Notes: generated from the letters alone by a model not told the origin. DNA of 248,000 bases from Wallemia ichthyophaga EXF-994 (GCF_000400465.1 NW_008806280.1:20001-268000), one strand, 5' to 3'. Counted from the stretch's first letter, positions 96,749-112,000 are shown. Translations and numbers: made by a program.

Positions 96749-98119
96749 CTATAGAGATGACTGTGTTGAATTTTTTTGGTGTGTCAGATGGGCCACTACG
96801 ATGGCATTCTTGGCAGCAGATGACGGCAATTTCTCCCATCTACCCATGCGAGGTTCTTGAGCTGTAGCGGCAACGAGGACGAGCTGATCCTTCTCCTGCT
96901 CTTCCTGAACGAGCTGAATGGAGTTGACGAATCCTTTAGCGTCGATTTCTGCGAGTTTAGAGAAAGCCTTAAGATTCGCATCTATCCTCCATAGCCTAAT
97001 ATAGCCATCGCTGGACCCACTAGCAAAGAGATCCGAGTAGGGAAATGCAGCGAGCGCAGTGATTCCTCTGGGCTGCTTGATGACGCCCTCAGTCTCCGAG
97101 TGGTGGTGGTGCACGCCGTGTGCGAGATAGCTAGTGTAGATAGCTTTCTTCTTACCAATGTTCCACAAACTGATGAATCCTGAGTCACCACCAGTCAGGA
97201 AATGTTGCTCGTCGATCATGGCACACACGTCGAGACTGCCCTCCACGAAACCGGCTTGCTTGCCACGACGAATGGGCTCGCCGTCAACATCCATGCCCTG
97301 AGCATCGAAGTCAAGAGCACCGTCTATCATGTCGCGTATCTTAGATCTGCCACCACCTCTAAAGACTAATTGAGACTCGTCTACTACTTTCCAGTAACGC
97401 GCAGATTTGTCGCGACATCCAACACTCAGCGCCAGGTCAGACCTGAGTACGTCGACTGAGTAGATGGAGTCTTGGTGTCCGAAGAGTGTCTCTACGTAGG
97501 ATGGAGGGTCTGGTGGGCTAGGAGGGAAAGAGTAAATTTTGATGGATCTGTCTAAACTGGCAGCGAAGAGCGCAGTGGGGGTTGATTTTCTAAAGGATAA
97601 CGAGGTAATCGAGTCTTTGAAGCCAGGAATAGTGGTAATTAGGGAGAAAGGGGATGTTTGGGTGTTGTAAATGTCGATAGTGTTGATTGAGGTACCAACA
97701 GCGAGCCAATTGAAATCAGGGGAAGTTGCTAAGCATAAGGGGTGCCTAGTGGGTAATCTGTGCCTGTCCTTTGAGTTTAAGGGCTGCGTGTATAGATTAT
97801 TATCCTTTGCGCTGAATACTAGGATTGGTGTGGTAGAAGTAAATGAAATGATAGCGTGAGTGAGTGGTGATTTGTGCTTAATAGATCTAACTGTCTTAAT
97901 ATTTAAATTGGCTGATATAAATTTATTCATTTTGTTGCTCTTTTCGAGTAAATTGGATTCCAACGTCGTCTCGACATCCTCGCCGTCTAAACCACTCAAA
98001 TACTCCTTTGCGAGCTTAATTCTCTTATTCTGTACATCTCCCTCATCTTCGCTACTCGACGAGTACACTTCTTCTTCTCTCTCTCTCTCGCTTTCACTCC
98101 CACTCGATACGGAAGACAT
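96749..98119 (-). CDS. RRP9: U3 snoRNP WD40 protein
   Basis: YVETLFGHQ; QEPRMGRW; AKNAI. Confidence 0.85.
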   Translation of the reverse strand: MSSVSSGSESEREREEEVYSSSSEDEGDVQNKRIKLAKEYLSGLDGEDVETTLESNLLEKSNKMNKFISANLNIKTVRSIKHKSPLTHAIISFTSTTPILVFSAKDNNLYTQPLNSKDRHRLPTRHPLCLATSPDFNWLAVGTSINTIDIYNTQTSPFSLITTIPGFKDSITSLSFRKSTPTALFAASLDRSIKIYSFPPSPPDPPSYVETLFGHQDSIYSVDVLRSDLALSVGCRDKSARYWKVVDESQLVFRGGGRSKIRDMIDGALDFDAQGMDVDGEPIRRGKQAGFVEGSLDVCAMIDEQHFLTGGDSGFISLWNIGKKKAIYTSYLAHGVHHHHSETEGVIKQPRGITALAAFPYSDLFASGSSDGYIRLWRIDANLKAFSKLAEIDAKGFVNSIQLVQEEQEKDQLVLVAATAQEPRMGRWEKLPSSAAKNAIVVAHLTHQKNSTQSSL

Positions 98120-98199
98120 GATGGATTGCGTCCTAGATGCGTATAAACGTGAAATATCAATCGAGTTGAATGAAATTAAAAATAATTTTATATTCAAAA

Positions 98200-100400
98200 T
98201 AAACGTTGATCTAGCCAGCTACTCGCTGTCGTACTCTTCTAAGCTGCTCATCTCGCTATCCACCACCCACAAACACGTTTTTAAGTACGCTTTTCCTCCT
98301 TGATCCTATACTCCCATCATTTAACATGAATTAATCAGAAATGGCGATCTCGCTGCTATCGTCGACACAAAGAACGCCGAGCTATTTCGAGGTGTTGTTT
98401 ACTCTTCCACAACTGACAATATTACCATCTCCATCGACAGAGATGAGCTCGATCTCCCTTCTCCAATCTACCTCGTAAAGCTTCAAGATGAATCCACCTA
98501 TAACAGGCTGCTACACACTATTTCCATCTACCAGAAAATCTTCACTTCAAACACCCAATCTCCCTTAATCAACACTATCTTTGGCCTGTCCAAGCCTACA
98601 TTTTGCCAGACTCCACCTGCGCTCTACCTCGACAAGTCACTCAACGATTCTCAAAAGCGCGCCGTCGATCGGTGCATCTCTGCCGATCATCTATCCCTTA
98701 TCCACGGCCCGCCAGGAACTGGAAAGTCGTACACGCTAATCGAAATTATTCGTCAGCTAATAACTCAAAATAAGCGCATTTTAGTTTGCGGTGCTTCCAA
98801 TTTGGCTGTAGACAACATCCTCGAGCGCCTCTCCGCACACAACATCCCCGTCACCAGACTCGGTCACCCCGCACGCATCCTGCACTCTCTCCAACCACAC
98901 ACCCTCGAGTATCAGACCTCCCACTCGCACCAGAATGATATCGTCAATGACGTCAAGAAGGAGCTCGAGGACTTGATGAAAGACTTAAAAGACGGCCGTA
99001 TTAAAGGCAAGCTCAAGCGGAAGAATGCGTGGAATGAAGTTAGGGAATTGAGGAAGGAGCATCGCAAGCGATCTGCTGGGGTGCTCAACAACCTCATCAC
99101 TCGCGCTCAAGTAGTACTGTGTACCCTGCACGGCGCAGGCGGACGTCAGCTGCACAACAAACATTTTGATGTGTGTATCATAGACGAGTCCACACAGGCA
99201 CTTGAACCTAGCTGTCTTATCCCTGTCCTCAAAGCCAATAAACTGATTCTAGTGAGTTTAAAACACTTTGCGGATGAGTTGAAATTTGACCTTGCTATTT
99301 AGGCAGGCGACCCCCTCCAGCTACCACCCACCGTACTCGCCCAGCCGGGCAAGAAGAAGAAGGAGGTACCCAAGATAATACCCAAAGATGGCGCGAAGAA
99401 GGCAGAGGAGGGTGCCAATGGGGGAAAAGATACACAAGAAGCAACTGCAGCACTCTCCAAAACATCAATCAGTAGCCATTCTCCACCCACCCAACCTACC
99501 CTTAAACCACTAGCCTCGCTCAACCAAACCCTCTTCGAACGGTTAGTCGGAATACACGGCAACAGGATCAAGACGCTACTCAGCGAGCAATACCGCATGA
99601 ACGATCTTATAATGCGCTACCCGTCCGAATCAATGTATGGGGGAGCGTTGACTGCACACTCGTCAGTATCGCACCATACGTTGCTCGATCTGCCCAGTGT
99701 ACAAGCGCACGAAGGAGCGCATGACGAAATAGAGCTCAATTCACCCCTCGTCCTTTTAGACACCGATGGTCTAGACTACATGGAGCGCGTCGACTCGGAG
99801 GAGATGAAGAAGGGCGAGGAGGAGGGCAGCAAGTACAACGAAAATGAGGTCGAAGTGGTGCGCGAAAAGGTTGGACAGCTCGTCAGTCAAGGTGTCCTCG
99901 ATACCCAGATCGCCATCATCACCCCTTATCAAGCTCAAGTGGGACATCTCAAAAACGCTCTGAGAGGTACATACCCCGGTTGCGAGATCGGCAGTGTCGA
100001 TGGCGTACAGGGACGCGAGGAGGAAGTAGTGATCATGTCGCTTGTGCGCTCGAATGATGCAGTGGGTGTCTAACGCTTTGTGCTTTTAGTTAGTTGATCA
100101 CCGCTCACTACTCTCTTTTTTCTTTTAGGGCGAAGTAGGCTTTTTGAAGGAGGAACGCAGGTTGAATGTGGCTATGACCAGAGCTAAAAGGCAGCTGGTG
100201 GGTGTTTTGATTTTTTTTTTCATTTGGCCGGGTGCTGATTTTGCATTGCAGATTGTCGTCGGGAATAGCGCAACTATCAGACGCGGGAGCACATACCTGA
100301 AGAAGTGAGTTTGTTGAGGTTTTGATTTGTGTTTAGCTTATCACACGCGCAGGTGGATGGACTTTTTGGAAGAGCACGCTGATATTCAGGTGCCTGAGTA
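98200..100400 (+). CDS. HCS1: SF1 helicase Hcs1/IGHMBP2
   Basis: IHGPPGTGKS, IDESTQ, GDPLQLPP, QYRMN, VDGVQGRE. Confidence 0.85.
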
Positions 100401-100822
100401 ATTTTTCTTTGTAGATGACGAGATAAGCAAATGAGTAGATAAATAGACTTTTTTGCGTGCTCCTATCTGATTGGCTGAGAGTGTGATGATTTGAAAGAAG
100501 ATGAATTGGATGCAATTGTTTACATGGGTGTTTTAAGCGTACCCGCGTGTGCTACTTTCCTCTTACGCCGCAACCGCAGATCTGGATAGGTGCACACCAC
100601 CGCGCACACAAATAAAGACGCGTAATTTCAGAGCTAAGGAGCCTTTAAATGCTTCAGCCCCACTTCAGCATCGTATTTACACCTCAAACGCCAACGAAAA
100701 AGAAATAAATTCCTCATCAAGCTGATTTTGACGCGCCTGGGATCTCTCACCCGAACGACGACGACGATCGATTAAGCGGGATATTAAAGGATTTCTAAAG
100801 CATACAGCACAGCGAAAACGTC

Positions 100823-103131
100823 ATGAAAACTCCGCCACGCCCAAAATCGACAAAGCTCTCCGAGACGTGCGCACCACCGCCGGAGACGATTAGAGATAAG
100901 AAGAGGAATAAGAAATATTCGCGGCATGGGCTCTTAGGGGAGGTGAGAAATGACAGCGACGGGGATGAAAACGAATCTGACACTCGAGTAGGGCGGATTC
101001 GCACGAGTGTACGAAGTCGAGGATGACCACGGCGGGTTGCTTGCCATTAAGACAATATCTAAAACAGCGCTGCAGTCCAAGAAAAACAGGACTAAGGTGT
101101 GTCTTGAATTCTGATAATATTGTGACGCACACACTGACACACTCACAGCTCTATGCTGAAATCAAACTGCATAAAGCATTATCACACCCGAATATAGTCG
101201 GCTTTGAGGAATGCTTCGAGGATGAAGAAAACGTTTACATGCTGATGGAATTGTGCAAGGCAGGCAATATGATGGATCTTCTTCGCGCGAGAAAGAGATA
101301 CACAGCTCCAGAAACACGCTTCTTCCTCGTACAGCTTATAGGCGCGTGTCAGTACATGCACGAGCATTCAGTTATTCACCGTGACCTTAAACTGGGCAAC
101401 TTGTTTTTGGACGAGTCGATGAATGTCAAAGTGGGTGACTTTGGCTTGGCCGCTTTGATTGAGCGCGAGGGCGAGCGGAAGAAAACAATATGCGGTACTC
101501 CAAATTATATCGCTCCAGAAGTTCTATTTGATACATCGAATGGACACAGCTTTGAAGTCGACGTGTGGTCTATTGGCGTAATCATGTACACTCTTCTAGT
101601 AGGGAAACCACCGTTTCAGACCAAAGATGTCAAGGAAATTTACAAGTGGGTTTGAGACACTGCTGAGACATGCGCACTTAACACTCACCCTTCAGACGGA
101701 TAAAAGACAATTTGTACGAATTCCCAGTGGATGATCCAATCCCGACTGAAGCTGAGGATCTCATTTCGTGCATCCTGACACCAGATCCTAGTGGGTTTGA
101801 GTTACTTAATAACTTGATTTTTCAGCTAACAACAAACTCCAGACGACAGACCGACTCTTCACGAAATTTTAGACCATCCTTTCTTTAGTGGGATTACGCC
101901 GCCATCTATCCCGTCAACAGCGCGCATGTCTAAACCTGACTTCAGCAACGTGACAAACGCAATGTCTAAACATAACATGCGCAGGCTGCGTCAGCAAGTA
102001 GAGCTCGACATTTCACGCCCAATAGCGGCCAAGAATGGCGAAGAGAAGACGGAGAGTGTGTCTGTCGCAGAGCAGGAGAGGGAGTTCAACAAGGCAGTAC
102101 AACCATCATCGCCAATCTCCACACTGCTCAGCTCGGCCAGGCAGCCACTGATTGTTGCCAACAGTCTCCCATCGCAGCCGCTGCTTAGACAGGCGACAAC
102201 TGCAGCACTTGCTGAGAAAGAGAAGAAACAGAAAATGGAAATACACGCATCGAACAAGAAATACATGGAGAATTTGGAAAAGAAAGATGGCGAGGACGAG
102301 GAAATTGCTGATCAGAAGCTGAGAATAGTTAGTGAAATGGTCAACAACGATGAGAAAAATAAAGGAAAAGCGAGAGCATTGGATGAGAATAATCAACTTC
102401 CACCACCTAAAAGCAAAAGCAAGAGCAGTTGTTTTGTGGAAATGCACACTAATCTTCACAACGCATTCACTGCCAAACGTGAAGCAAAGCGTTTCGAGAT
102501 ACCATCACAATACCGCGACACAGATTCGGACAAAGCATCCAAAGTTTTCATAGTTAGTTGGTTAGATTACTGCAATAAATATGGAATGGGATATGCATTA
102601 ACTGATGGCACCGTTGGCGTGTATTTCAACGATTCAACATCCATGGTGCTATCACCTGCAAAGGAAACGGTTGACTATATAGCGTCTCGTGGTAAATCGA
102701 GCACAGCGGTAAGGAAAAATTTCAACATAGATAAGGAGATACCGAAGGATTTAGAAAGTAAGATGTTGTTGTTGAGACATTTCGAGGATTATATGCTCGA
102801 GAGGCTCTATGGAGCACGTTCATACACATACGTAGATGAAGAAAGGCGGAAGGGGATGACTTTTGTGCAGAGATACTATCGGATGAAAAATCTGATAGTG
102901 TTCAAGCTGTCAAATGATGTCGTGCAATTCAACTTTTATGATCACACCAAGATGATACTCAGTCAGGGAGGGTGTTTGGTTACATACATCGATAAGGATT
103001 ACGCGTTATCGAGATGGACACTGGATGAGATATTGGAAAAGCAAAGCAAGGATGAAAGGGAGAAGAAAAAGATGGAAGGGATATTAGTCAAGCTCAAGTA
103101 CTGTAAGGATGTATTTGCAACAGGGAGGTAG
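100823..103131 (+). CDS. CDC5: Polo kinase
   Basis: [23 protein letters not shown]; polo boxes WLDYCNKYG. Confidence 0.93.
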
Positions 103132-103189
103132 TGGCAAGTGTAAGAACATGACGATTAATAAAGTATGTGTACATGATGTGAGGTGTGTT

Positions 103190-103631
103190 TATAGCTTAAG
103201 CGATGTTACGGAGGACAAGAATGACGGAATCGCCGCTAATTTGGGTGTGGTTAGGAGGGTGTTTCAGTTAAAGACATAGCACTCACCGCAGGAACATTTT
103301 GCTAATGAATCTATCCTTATTGATTGGTTGCTTCCCTTTTCCTTTTGGAACTTCTGTCCACATTTCCTTTACATTTTCAAGCACCTAGGTGAAACGAATG
103401 AGAAGACAAGTAAAATGAGAGCAATTATAGTACCATATTTGAATGCCTATCGAAAGCTTTAACTCTTGCTAGCAATTTCCTGTTATTTCTCAAACTGACT
103501 AATATTTGAGTGTTATTCTTCACGCTCTGCTGGAGCACCGATAAAGGACCTTGGCTGAGTTCAAACTCCTCCAGTTGTCTAATTTGATCCTCATTCAACT
103601 CAGATTTTGGCGTATTTACGAATTCAGACAT
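103190..103631 (-). CDS. SMD2: Sm D2 snRNP protein
   Basis: [20 protein letters not shown]. Confidence 0.92.
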
Positions 103632-103658
103632 GTAGCTTTACGTTGGCTTGTGATGGTC

Positions 103659-104907
103659 AAGAGGAAACGAAGTGAGCCATTCGTATGCAATCATTGCGGA
103701 AAGTCTTTTGAAAAATTATCAAAGTATACAGAGCATACACGCAAGCACACCGGGGAGGTGCGTTTGGCTTGTCCAATTGATTTACCTACTAAACCACCCA
103801 TAGAGACCATTGAAGTGCTCAAAATGCAATGCTGTGTTTAGAAAAGATAGCCACTTAAAAGCACACGAGCGAACGCACGAATCAGAATCGAGTAAACCAT
103901 TCAGCTGCACTCACTGTGATAAACAATTCTGGACGAATCAACACCTAAAAAGGCATTTAAAAACACACGAATCAAGCTTCATTTGCAACTACTGCGATAA
104001 ATCATTCTCAAAACAATATCAACTTAGAAATCACGTCGCTGGTGAGCATAATCCAGTTGGTACTCTACCACACATATGTGCACACCCGGGCTGCACGAAA
104101 TCATTCCCTACAAACGCGAAGCTCAGAAGACATGCTCAAGTTCATCAGTCTGATAGATATAGCTGTGGACACGATCAATGTACTCACCTCTCTTTTAACA
104201 AATGGACCGAACTTCAGGCGCATATCAGACAAGAACATAAACCAACTTGTCCTTACGAGTCTTGTCACAAGGTTTTTAGTAATAGGACCAACCTCAACCA
104301 GCATTTGCTTCTCCATGACCAGAAAGAGGTGGAGAGGGAATTGGGTTTAGAGGAGCAGGCAAAAAACGTAAAAGGTGGTTTGGTTGCTAGAGATTTTCAT
104401 TGTCAGGTGCAGGGCTGTGACAAGAGCTTCAAATCTCACCGTGCTCTCACCGTCCACATCAACACCACTCATCTCAACATACGTCCCTTCGTTTGTCTCC
104501 AATGCGATAAGAGCTATGGCTACAAACATCTGCTACAGAGACACTTACAAACGCACAAAAAACAAAAGGATGTTAAGAAGCCAAAGAAGACCACTATCGA
104601 GAAGTTCACCGGTGTTGATTACATGAAAAGAAACATCGAATGCCCATATAAGGATATACTTGAGTTAGATACTCTCCCGGACTGCTCTTTTAGATATACT
104701 AGACGCTACGATCTACGTCGACACCTCGCCTCCAAGCATCACATTCACTTCACTAAAGAAGAGCTGGATTATTGGTTGGACGGAGGCATAGACGAGCAAG
104801 AAAGTGTCAGTGCGAATGAAGAAGAGCTGAACAAGGAGCATAAAAGCCAACATGAGAGCTTGACTGAGGATGAGGAGCTGGATCAATCAATAGAAGCGCA
104901 GGATTGA
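103659..104907 (+). CDS. TFIIIA-like C2H2 zinc-finger array protein
   Basis: About nine C2H2 fingers. Confidence 0.75.
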
Positions 104908-105059
104908 TGCAGCTAACATTTATATATTTATTTGTACTTAAATTGTAATGTTTGTAATATATGTATCATTTTGTAGCTATTGACTTTGTGAAAACTTCTC
105001 AGCGTCGAGCAGCGCTTTGTAAACATCCACTTATTTTTGACATGCTACAGGGATGATGA

Positions 105060-105800
105060 TTTGTTTTGAAAATGCAAATTCATACTATAGAATCTAGAAG
105101 ATTCCAACACAATCTTCCTTGTCCCCATACCCCAACTATTTGTTTTTTTAGGAATGCACCAGTCGATCCAAACCCCCTTCCCTCGGGATTCAGAGTTGAG
105201 CTGACCCCCACTTTGATTTACAATACATCATTTTCGATAAGTATTCATTGAATAATAGTGACCTTGATCCTCCCCTATAGCCAGGTTTTAAAAGGCCTCA
105301 AATCGAAAAATGTACTATGTTTTACAATGCTGTTACTGGCATTATTTAAACAAGACGGTCTGTATCAGCTCAAAATCACAATAAGAATCGATTGGGCGCG
105401 TGTAATACTCCTTGTTAATACTATGGCGTACTATAGAGCGATTTCGAACCATGACTCTCGATCAGCATGCAGAGCATGATTAGGAGCGCCAGAGATCTAA
105501 ATCTGGCAAAGCATATTTGTACCAGCCATAGCTATCAATCAAGCATTTTTATTTGGAGATCATCAAAAGTTGTAAATCATCATCCGAGATGAGTTAAGTA
105601 TGGCACGCGAAAAATCAATTCGATGGATAGTGAGTGAACAAAGAATACAAAGGTATAGTTGGAGTGCTCGAGAGCTACTGAGAAGAAAGGTGTTGTAAGT
105701 TTATACAGAATGTCTGAACACGAATCTGCTGTGCTCATCTTCATGTTCACTTGGTCATTTGCAAGGCCAATTGCATTGAAATAATGACCCCGACTATCTG
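105060..105800 (+). pseudogene. Copy 1 of a dispersed decayed gene family
   Basis: Shares TTTATTTGGAGATC(A/G)TCAAAAGT and CTTGGTCATTTGCAAGG blocks with other gene gaps; many stops. Confidence 0.6.
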
Positions 105801-106084
105801 AAAGCTGCTTTTAATAGTGGACCTTCATCCCCTCGGCTATCTCGTTGAATCGTACTGAGACCATCATAGTCGCAGCTCTTACTACCTATTCTTGCATCAT
105901 TTTAAAATAAATTAACAACTACATGCGTATATGCATTTCTTTAAAAATAACAATAAGAGATCATGTTAAGAATTGTTCACAAAGTAGTAGAGTGTTCGCT
106001 GAAGAGTGGAGGAATTTGTAGCGTTTGTTGTTAAATAAATAAATCGTCCATGCAAATATACGCCTCTAAAGTAAGCCTATTATT

Positions 106085-109000
106085 CTAGATAGATGTGAGA
106101 ATATCGTCGATTATGGCGTTAATCTCAGTTCTACGATCGTTGATAGCGTCGTTTCCATACTTGTCAGCAAGATCCTGTCTGATTGACTTCTTGGTTATAT
106201 TGTCCAGATCTGCCTTGCCAATTATGCCCCTGACGTCCATCTCGATTTCATTCCACGATATCGATTGACTCCCTCCACTGCCGTTGCTGTGTTGATTGTA
106301 TTCAGGTAGGGGTGTGACGGAGTGCGACTGCGGCTGTGGTGGCATGAATTGCTGTTGGGAAAAGTTCGTCGACATTCTCGGATCGTAGCCTCCGTAGAAT
106401 GAGTTGGACCAGTTTTGAGATTGCGGATATGGATGGTGTTGTGGTGGTGCCAAAGAATACATTGATGTGGTGTTTGGATAACCGTTGAAAGCGTATTGGG
106501 ATGGGTATGCTGATTGGCGGTAGATGCTCTGATTCGCGGACATTGAGCGCGGCACACCGCTCTGGTCCAATCCACCATACATAGATCGAGGGCCATAGAT
106601 ACTGGCTGTGTTAGCTGGTGATGGCGGCCTTGATGCTTTCTCAAATTCGTAAACTTCATCTCTGTAACCCGATTAGCTAGTGCGTTACTTCTCAGGAGTC
106701 TAACTCACCCTTGCTCCCACAGCTCAGCTTCATACTCAGCCCATGTCTTTAGTGGTATCACCTTTGGATCAAAGTGACCTTCATCATGTATCATCATTTT
106801 TCTGCCCTTTTCTCCTGTGATCGTGTGCGTCGAGCCCCATGAGAAATCATCAAAGTGCCAGAATGAATATAGCGGCAAGAAGAACGAGAAGAGCGGGATA
106901 GCGCAAATATAAACTATCATCCAGCCAATCTGTTCCCATTTACGATGCATAAGGAAGATTAGCGCTTGGAAACCATATATAGCGCAAAGCATAATGATAG
107001 ACGTTGTCGGTATGGTCTTTCCTTCAGCTGCTGCCAAGTAAATCAAGTAGACAATATAAACGACGGTGACTGGAGCGATAATTGTTGATAGCAGATCAAT
107101 GAAAACTATGAACCTCATCGAGAAGCAGCAGAAACCACAAAGCTTATCCAAGAATAACAGTTCGGCCAGGTTATGCACAGTGGAGTTAATCCATCTACGT
107201 CTTTGAGAGAGCAAAACCTTGATATCATCCGGTGCGACAGTCTGGGCTCTTGCATCGGCTGTAAATTTGGTCTTGAAGAGTGGGAAATGCTTGAGCAGAA
107301 TAGTAGTAAGATACCGATCTTCACCGAGATGCAAAAGATTCTTCAAGTGAAGCGTATTAACAACATTTTGACTATACTCGTCAATTACCTCAGAAGCGAC
107401 GAAAAGTGGACGATGAGTATCACTCGTGCGCAATCTATACATCGAAAAACATCCTGGTAAACATGTGATAGAGCCAAACAGAGACTCAAATGCTTTGGTG
107501 AGGTAGTGAGAGATATAGTACTCGTAAACCTGAGCCATAGTTACGATAGATTGCTTAGAATTAGCTAGAGAAGTTTCTCCACATAATGCCAAGATCTTTT
107601 TATCTCGCATGAACGATGATATAAACATAGAAAGACAGTCAGGATCGACCATAGTATCAGCATCGACGGCCAGCATATACTCGTAAAAATTGGGGTTAAC
107701 ACCAATAACATTCTTGATTTGGTGGTATATCTCCAACTCAAGGGGGTTCATTGGTGCGTCGAAATGAACTTTGTTCAGGAACCACATCAATGCCAATTGT
107801 GAGTCACGCTTACCTCTATTACCAGGCCTGCTACGTTCTGTTGGTTTACCGACTTTAGCCAGTACAATGTACGGTACGACGTGACCACGGTGCTCATAAA
107901 GACCACTATAGATTTTGCCCATATTGTGCTGCTTGTTACCCTCACCGATCGACTTAAAGCTGAGCGGTTCTGGATCGTAATTAGGATCAGCGCCTAGGAT
108001 ATCGAGGGCAATACGTGGTGTTGTACGGTCATTACCACTATAAAAAGTTAGTAATTCACGAAAATTCAATCAACACTCACCCTCCAATAATGTTACCATC
108101 ACAGATAACAAAAATGAGCTTGCGTTTATCATCGTAACGCGTAGCGGCGAGCGAGTCAATCGTCCGTCGCAGTGACTCTTCACCCTCAGTATAAGCAGGT
108201 ACCTGTAATTGTCAGCCAAAGCCTCGTTTCTATCAATCCACCTACTTGGAAAATGAGAAACTTGTCGTGCTCCTCCGGTTTCCGTCGTGTACCAAAGTTG
108301 ATAGCAGCCAAGAACTTGAAACCAATAATGACAATCATGAAAATTGATAGCGCGAGAAGGATGTAGTTTGAGAATTGACATGCCGTTGAGTTTCTTCTAT
108401 CCACTTTACCAATAAAGAAGAGATTCCGTAAACAGCTCATTTGACGAGCAAGGACGGTAGGATCTATAGCCAAGTCTTGAACATACTTAGTAACATCTTC
108501 CCCTGAATTTTGTTCAAATATTTGAACAATCGCTTCATGCATAAAGTGAGTGTCAATGTCAGTTGGAGCTGCCTCGTCTTCGCTAGATCCAACAAAACCA
108601 CCATCAAATGAGATGTACGGAGTCATATCGTAAACGCTGCCATTGATCACAGCTACATTGTTATTATCGTCCGCCATCTTTGAAATATCCTTGTCGGTTA
108701 AACCGACATGACCGACTCTGTAATTGTAGCGCATAATGACCATCTGCTCGTAATACCAATCTGGTCTTGAGTCATTAGTCCATGCTCTAAAGTCGTGGTA
108801 GTGGGCATTAGGTTCTGTAGATGTAGTGTTTGAGGCGTCAAGACCGACTAGCGGATTAACCGCTCCATCAACACCATTGCACAATGCCGATACTTGAACA
108901 GGAAGAAGATTAGAAACATCCTGACCACCATAATTCCAAAAGAGCCTGTCGTCGATAACTGATACAGCACCGCGGTGTGCATCGTGCATCTTAGTGAGGT

Positions 109001-112000
109001 CCATAACTTCGCCTCGAATACTGACAAATGTGTGATCAGGTTGAGATTCATGTGTATGAGCAGATATTTCATTCTGAGAGTAAACCCGCTGAGTGGGACA
109101 TATCACGGGTCCAAGGATAGCGATAACGAAGATAGCGCAAGCACAAACAAACCAGATGATGATGTTAATAGCCAACTTTTCCCTCCATGCTTGTCTGACA
109201 TCTTGTCTTTTCATTCTACCGAACCACTTGAGGAACGGAGAAGGAACGTACCAGGTCAATAACCAACAGAAAGCAACCCATCTTTTTCTAACACCAGATT
109301 CTCTCACTTCCTCTTGCGTTTCACTATCATCATACATATCCTTTTCGTCCATCGCAGCTTTATCGGCGTCCTTGAGATTCATGTTTGAGAACATGTTTTG
109401 AGATGGTGCGTACATTTCAGTGCCGATTTGACTGTTAGTTTCATTTTCATACTTTGATTGGGGATATATATCACTACCTTCGTACCCGAAAGACTTGTGG
109501 TCGTCGCTGTACATATCGTCGTGATCTTCGTCACGCTGAACGTTGGAAACGAGTGGGAGTGCGACACTAGAGCCATCGTGGTCACGAGTGGCGAAAGGAT
109601 CTGTCATGAGCTCTGAAGCTGGTGTAGTTGGTCCCTCTTCTCCAAGTGGTGCGTATGGACCGAATGGATCTGGAGTTGCGATATAATCCGCTTCTGATTT
109701 CTGATACTTGTTGAATTGACGTTGTTCCTGCTCGTCATAAGAGCGAATGTGATCTTCGAGATGTCGGAAGACGTTGTGAGTTATGAATACCTGTGGGTTT
109801 ACGTTAAGATGAACACTTTGTTTTTTTCTATTAAAAATCACTTACCTTATATGTACCAACGGCTAGCTCGCGCTCTGTCCATGACATCTTTTCGCGCATG
109901 TTAAGGATCTTATGCACAGTATCTCCCTGCATAATATCCATCTCGTTGAGTTCATCACCGTAACTCTCCACGAATTCATCATGCGTCATATTGATTGCCC
110001 ATTCGGCTACAGCAGACCGTCTTGCCACGGCTGGTATACCCGATGAACGAATTTGCGCCTTGACATGACGTGCCTCGAGCTGATTAGGCAGCTGGGTATC
110101 GTTGGGTGACAGGCAGAAGACGTACCATGGATAACAGTCCTCAAGCGTATCAAACAGAACATCAGCAGCATTCCTAAACTCTGTTGCTACACATGTGTTT
110201 GTTTCAGTTGAAGATTGGTGATCGACGACTTGGTCTTCTGGCATGTCTGGCAATTCAGGTTCATTATTTCCACGTCTCAAAGAAGGACCAGTCCGTCTTG
110301 TCGATGGTCTACGCCTTGGACCTACTGACTGTTGAGCGGCAACGAGAGTAGCTTCTGACTTTGGATGGAATTGCGTACTGATTGCATTGGATGTGAAAAG
110401 AGACTTGACGAATGGATTTTCCGATCCGTTTGTTGTCTTGTCATTGGTGACTCCACCTTTGAAAAGCGAAACGAAATCAGGATTAAGATTGTCGGTGTTC
110501 TTCTCAATCCAATTCTCGGCTGAGTAGGTGACGGTACCAGCGTAGTGGTTGATGGAGAATGTAGGATAACCAGACCGATCTGGTGGCGCCGTCTTGAATT
110601 TATTATTGTTACCCCAGCGTTTATTAAATGCTTCAACCATCGTATTGTCATTCTTCTTTGGCGCACGCTTAGCTTGGTCGTCCATTATATGAATTAAGCC
110701 ACCCTGCTTTGCACCAAGTAGACGCAAAACATCCGAATTGTCGTATTCTGAGAATGACACAGGTGGACTAATCTTACTCAATCCCTCGTGCTTGTGCTCC
110801 TCATAAGGACGAGTGAAAACATGCTGGAAAATCCAGTTTTGTAAGCGTTCATTGAGATAATTTACGCAAAATTGGTCGACAGAATTACCGCGATGACCGG
110901 TACTTGGATTGTTTTGAAAACCAGGTAGATCGAGAAAAGCAATGTAAGTTGAAAAGTCCTCTTTGCAGAGGTGTTGATTGATGTGTTCGATGATCCAGCT
111001 GAAGAGGAGAGAATAGAGGGAGCGAGCAAGGTCATCACGATTGGTAGCTGCACCGTCAACATCGAGAAAGACGGTACATACATCTTTCTTAACAAGTTTA
111101 GTGCGATATGAAAGAACACTTTCAAGTGCGTCTGGATGTACACCGAGGAACTCCGCAACAATGTCGAGTGTCTCTGTATTTCTAACTACAGCAGCATCTG
111201 GATTCCTTGCGTGGTCGATCGTGAATTCAAGGTTACCAAGGTGCAAGATTGCAGTGACGAGCTGGCAAATTTGAGCGACGTGACGCTTTGAAAATCCAGC
111301 AGCCTTGAAAGCGTTTTTGAGTTGACTGAATCTTGCAGCGTCCTCGCCATTACTAGCGCCTATCAAAGGACCGCTGCGTCTTCTGATTGCGCCTGAGGTG
111401 TAGCGATAGGCACCAAGATCCTGAAGTTTAAGATATTGGCGCTCCTCTTCACTGGCTCCAGCAGTAAGATAGTAGAAGATGTGATAGTTGCGCTCTCCTG
111501 GAGGAGGGTTTACAACTCTTGAGCGTTCAAAGTAATACTCAAGAGTTTTTGCACCGTAAAGTCTGCCACGGTCGTTGAATTGAAGTTCAGTATATTTGCC
111601 GAATCTCGAAGCATTTGCGTTGTGCAGGGTTTTTGCATTGCCAAAAGCCTCGAGGACAAACTCGGCAGAGGGAATCTGATCGCCAAGCTTGTGGCCTTTC
111701 TTGCCTGGTGGTGGGAGAGACAAATCAATAATAGTCCTTGTTGCCAGTCTTCTAAGTTCGGACTTTCCAGAGCCCGTTTCACCGCTTTTATAGGGTTAGA
111801 CGGGCAAGCGGGGAGACAGCAACTCACTTTAAAATGATATTATTATCTTTCGAGCTTCTGCGCATGTAATAGTAAGCGTCTGCAGCGATTTGGAAGATGT
111901 GAGGTGGTAGTCTTGTGCTATTATCAGTCTGCCTGTACTCGAGTGCGTAGTCGTGCAGGACTTTATCAGAATTAGCGGGGAGGTATTTAAGAGGGTTCAA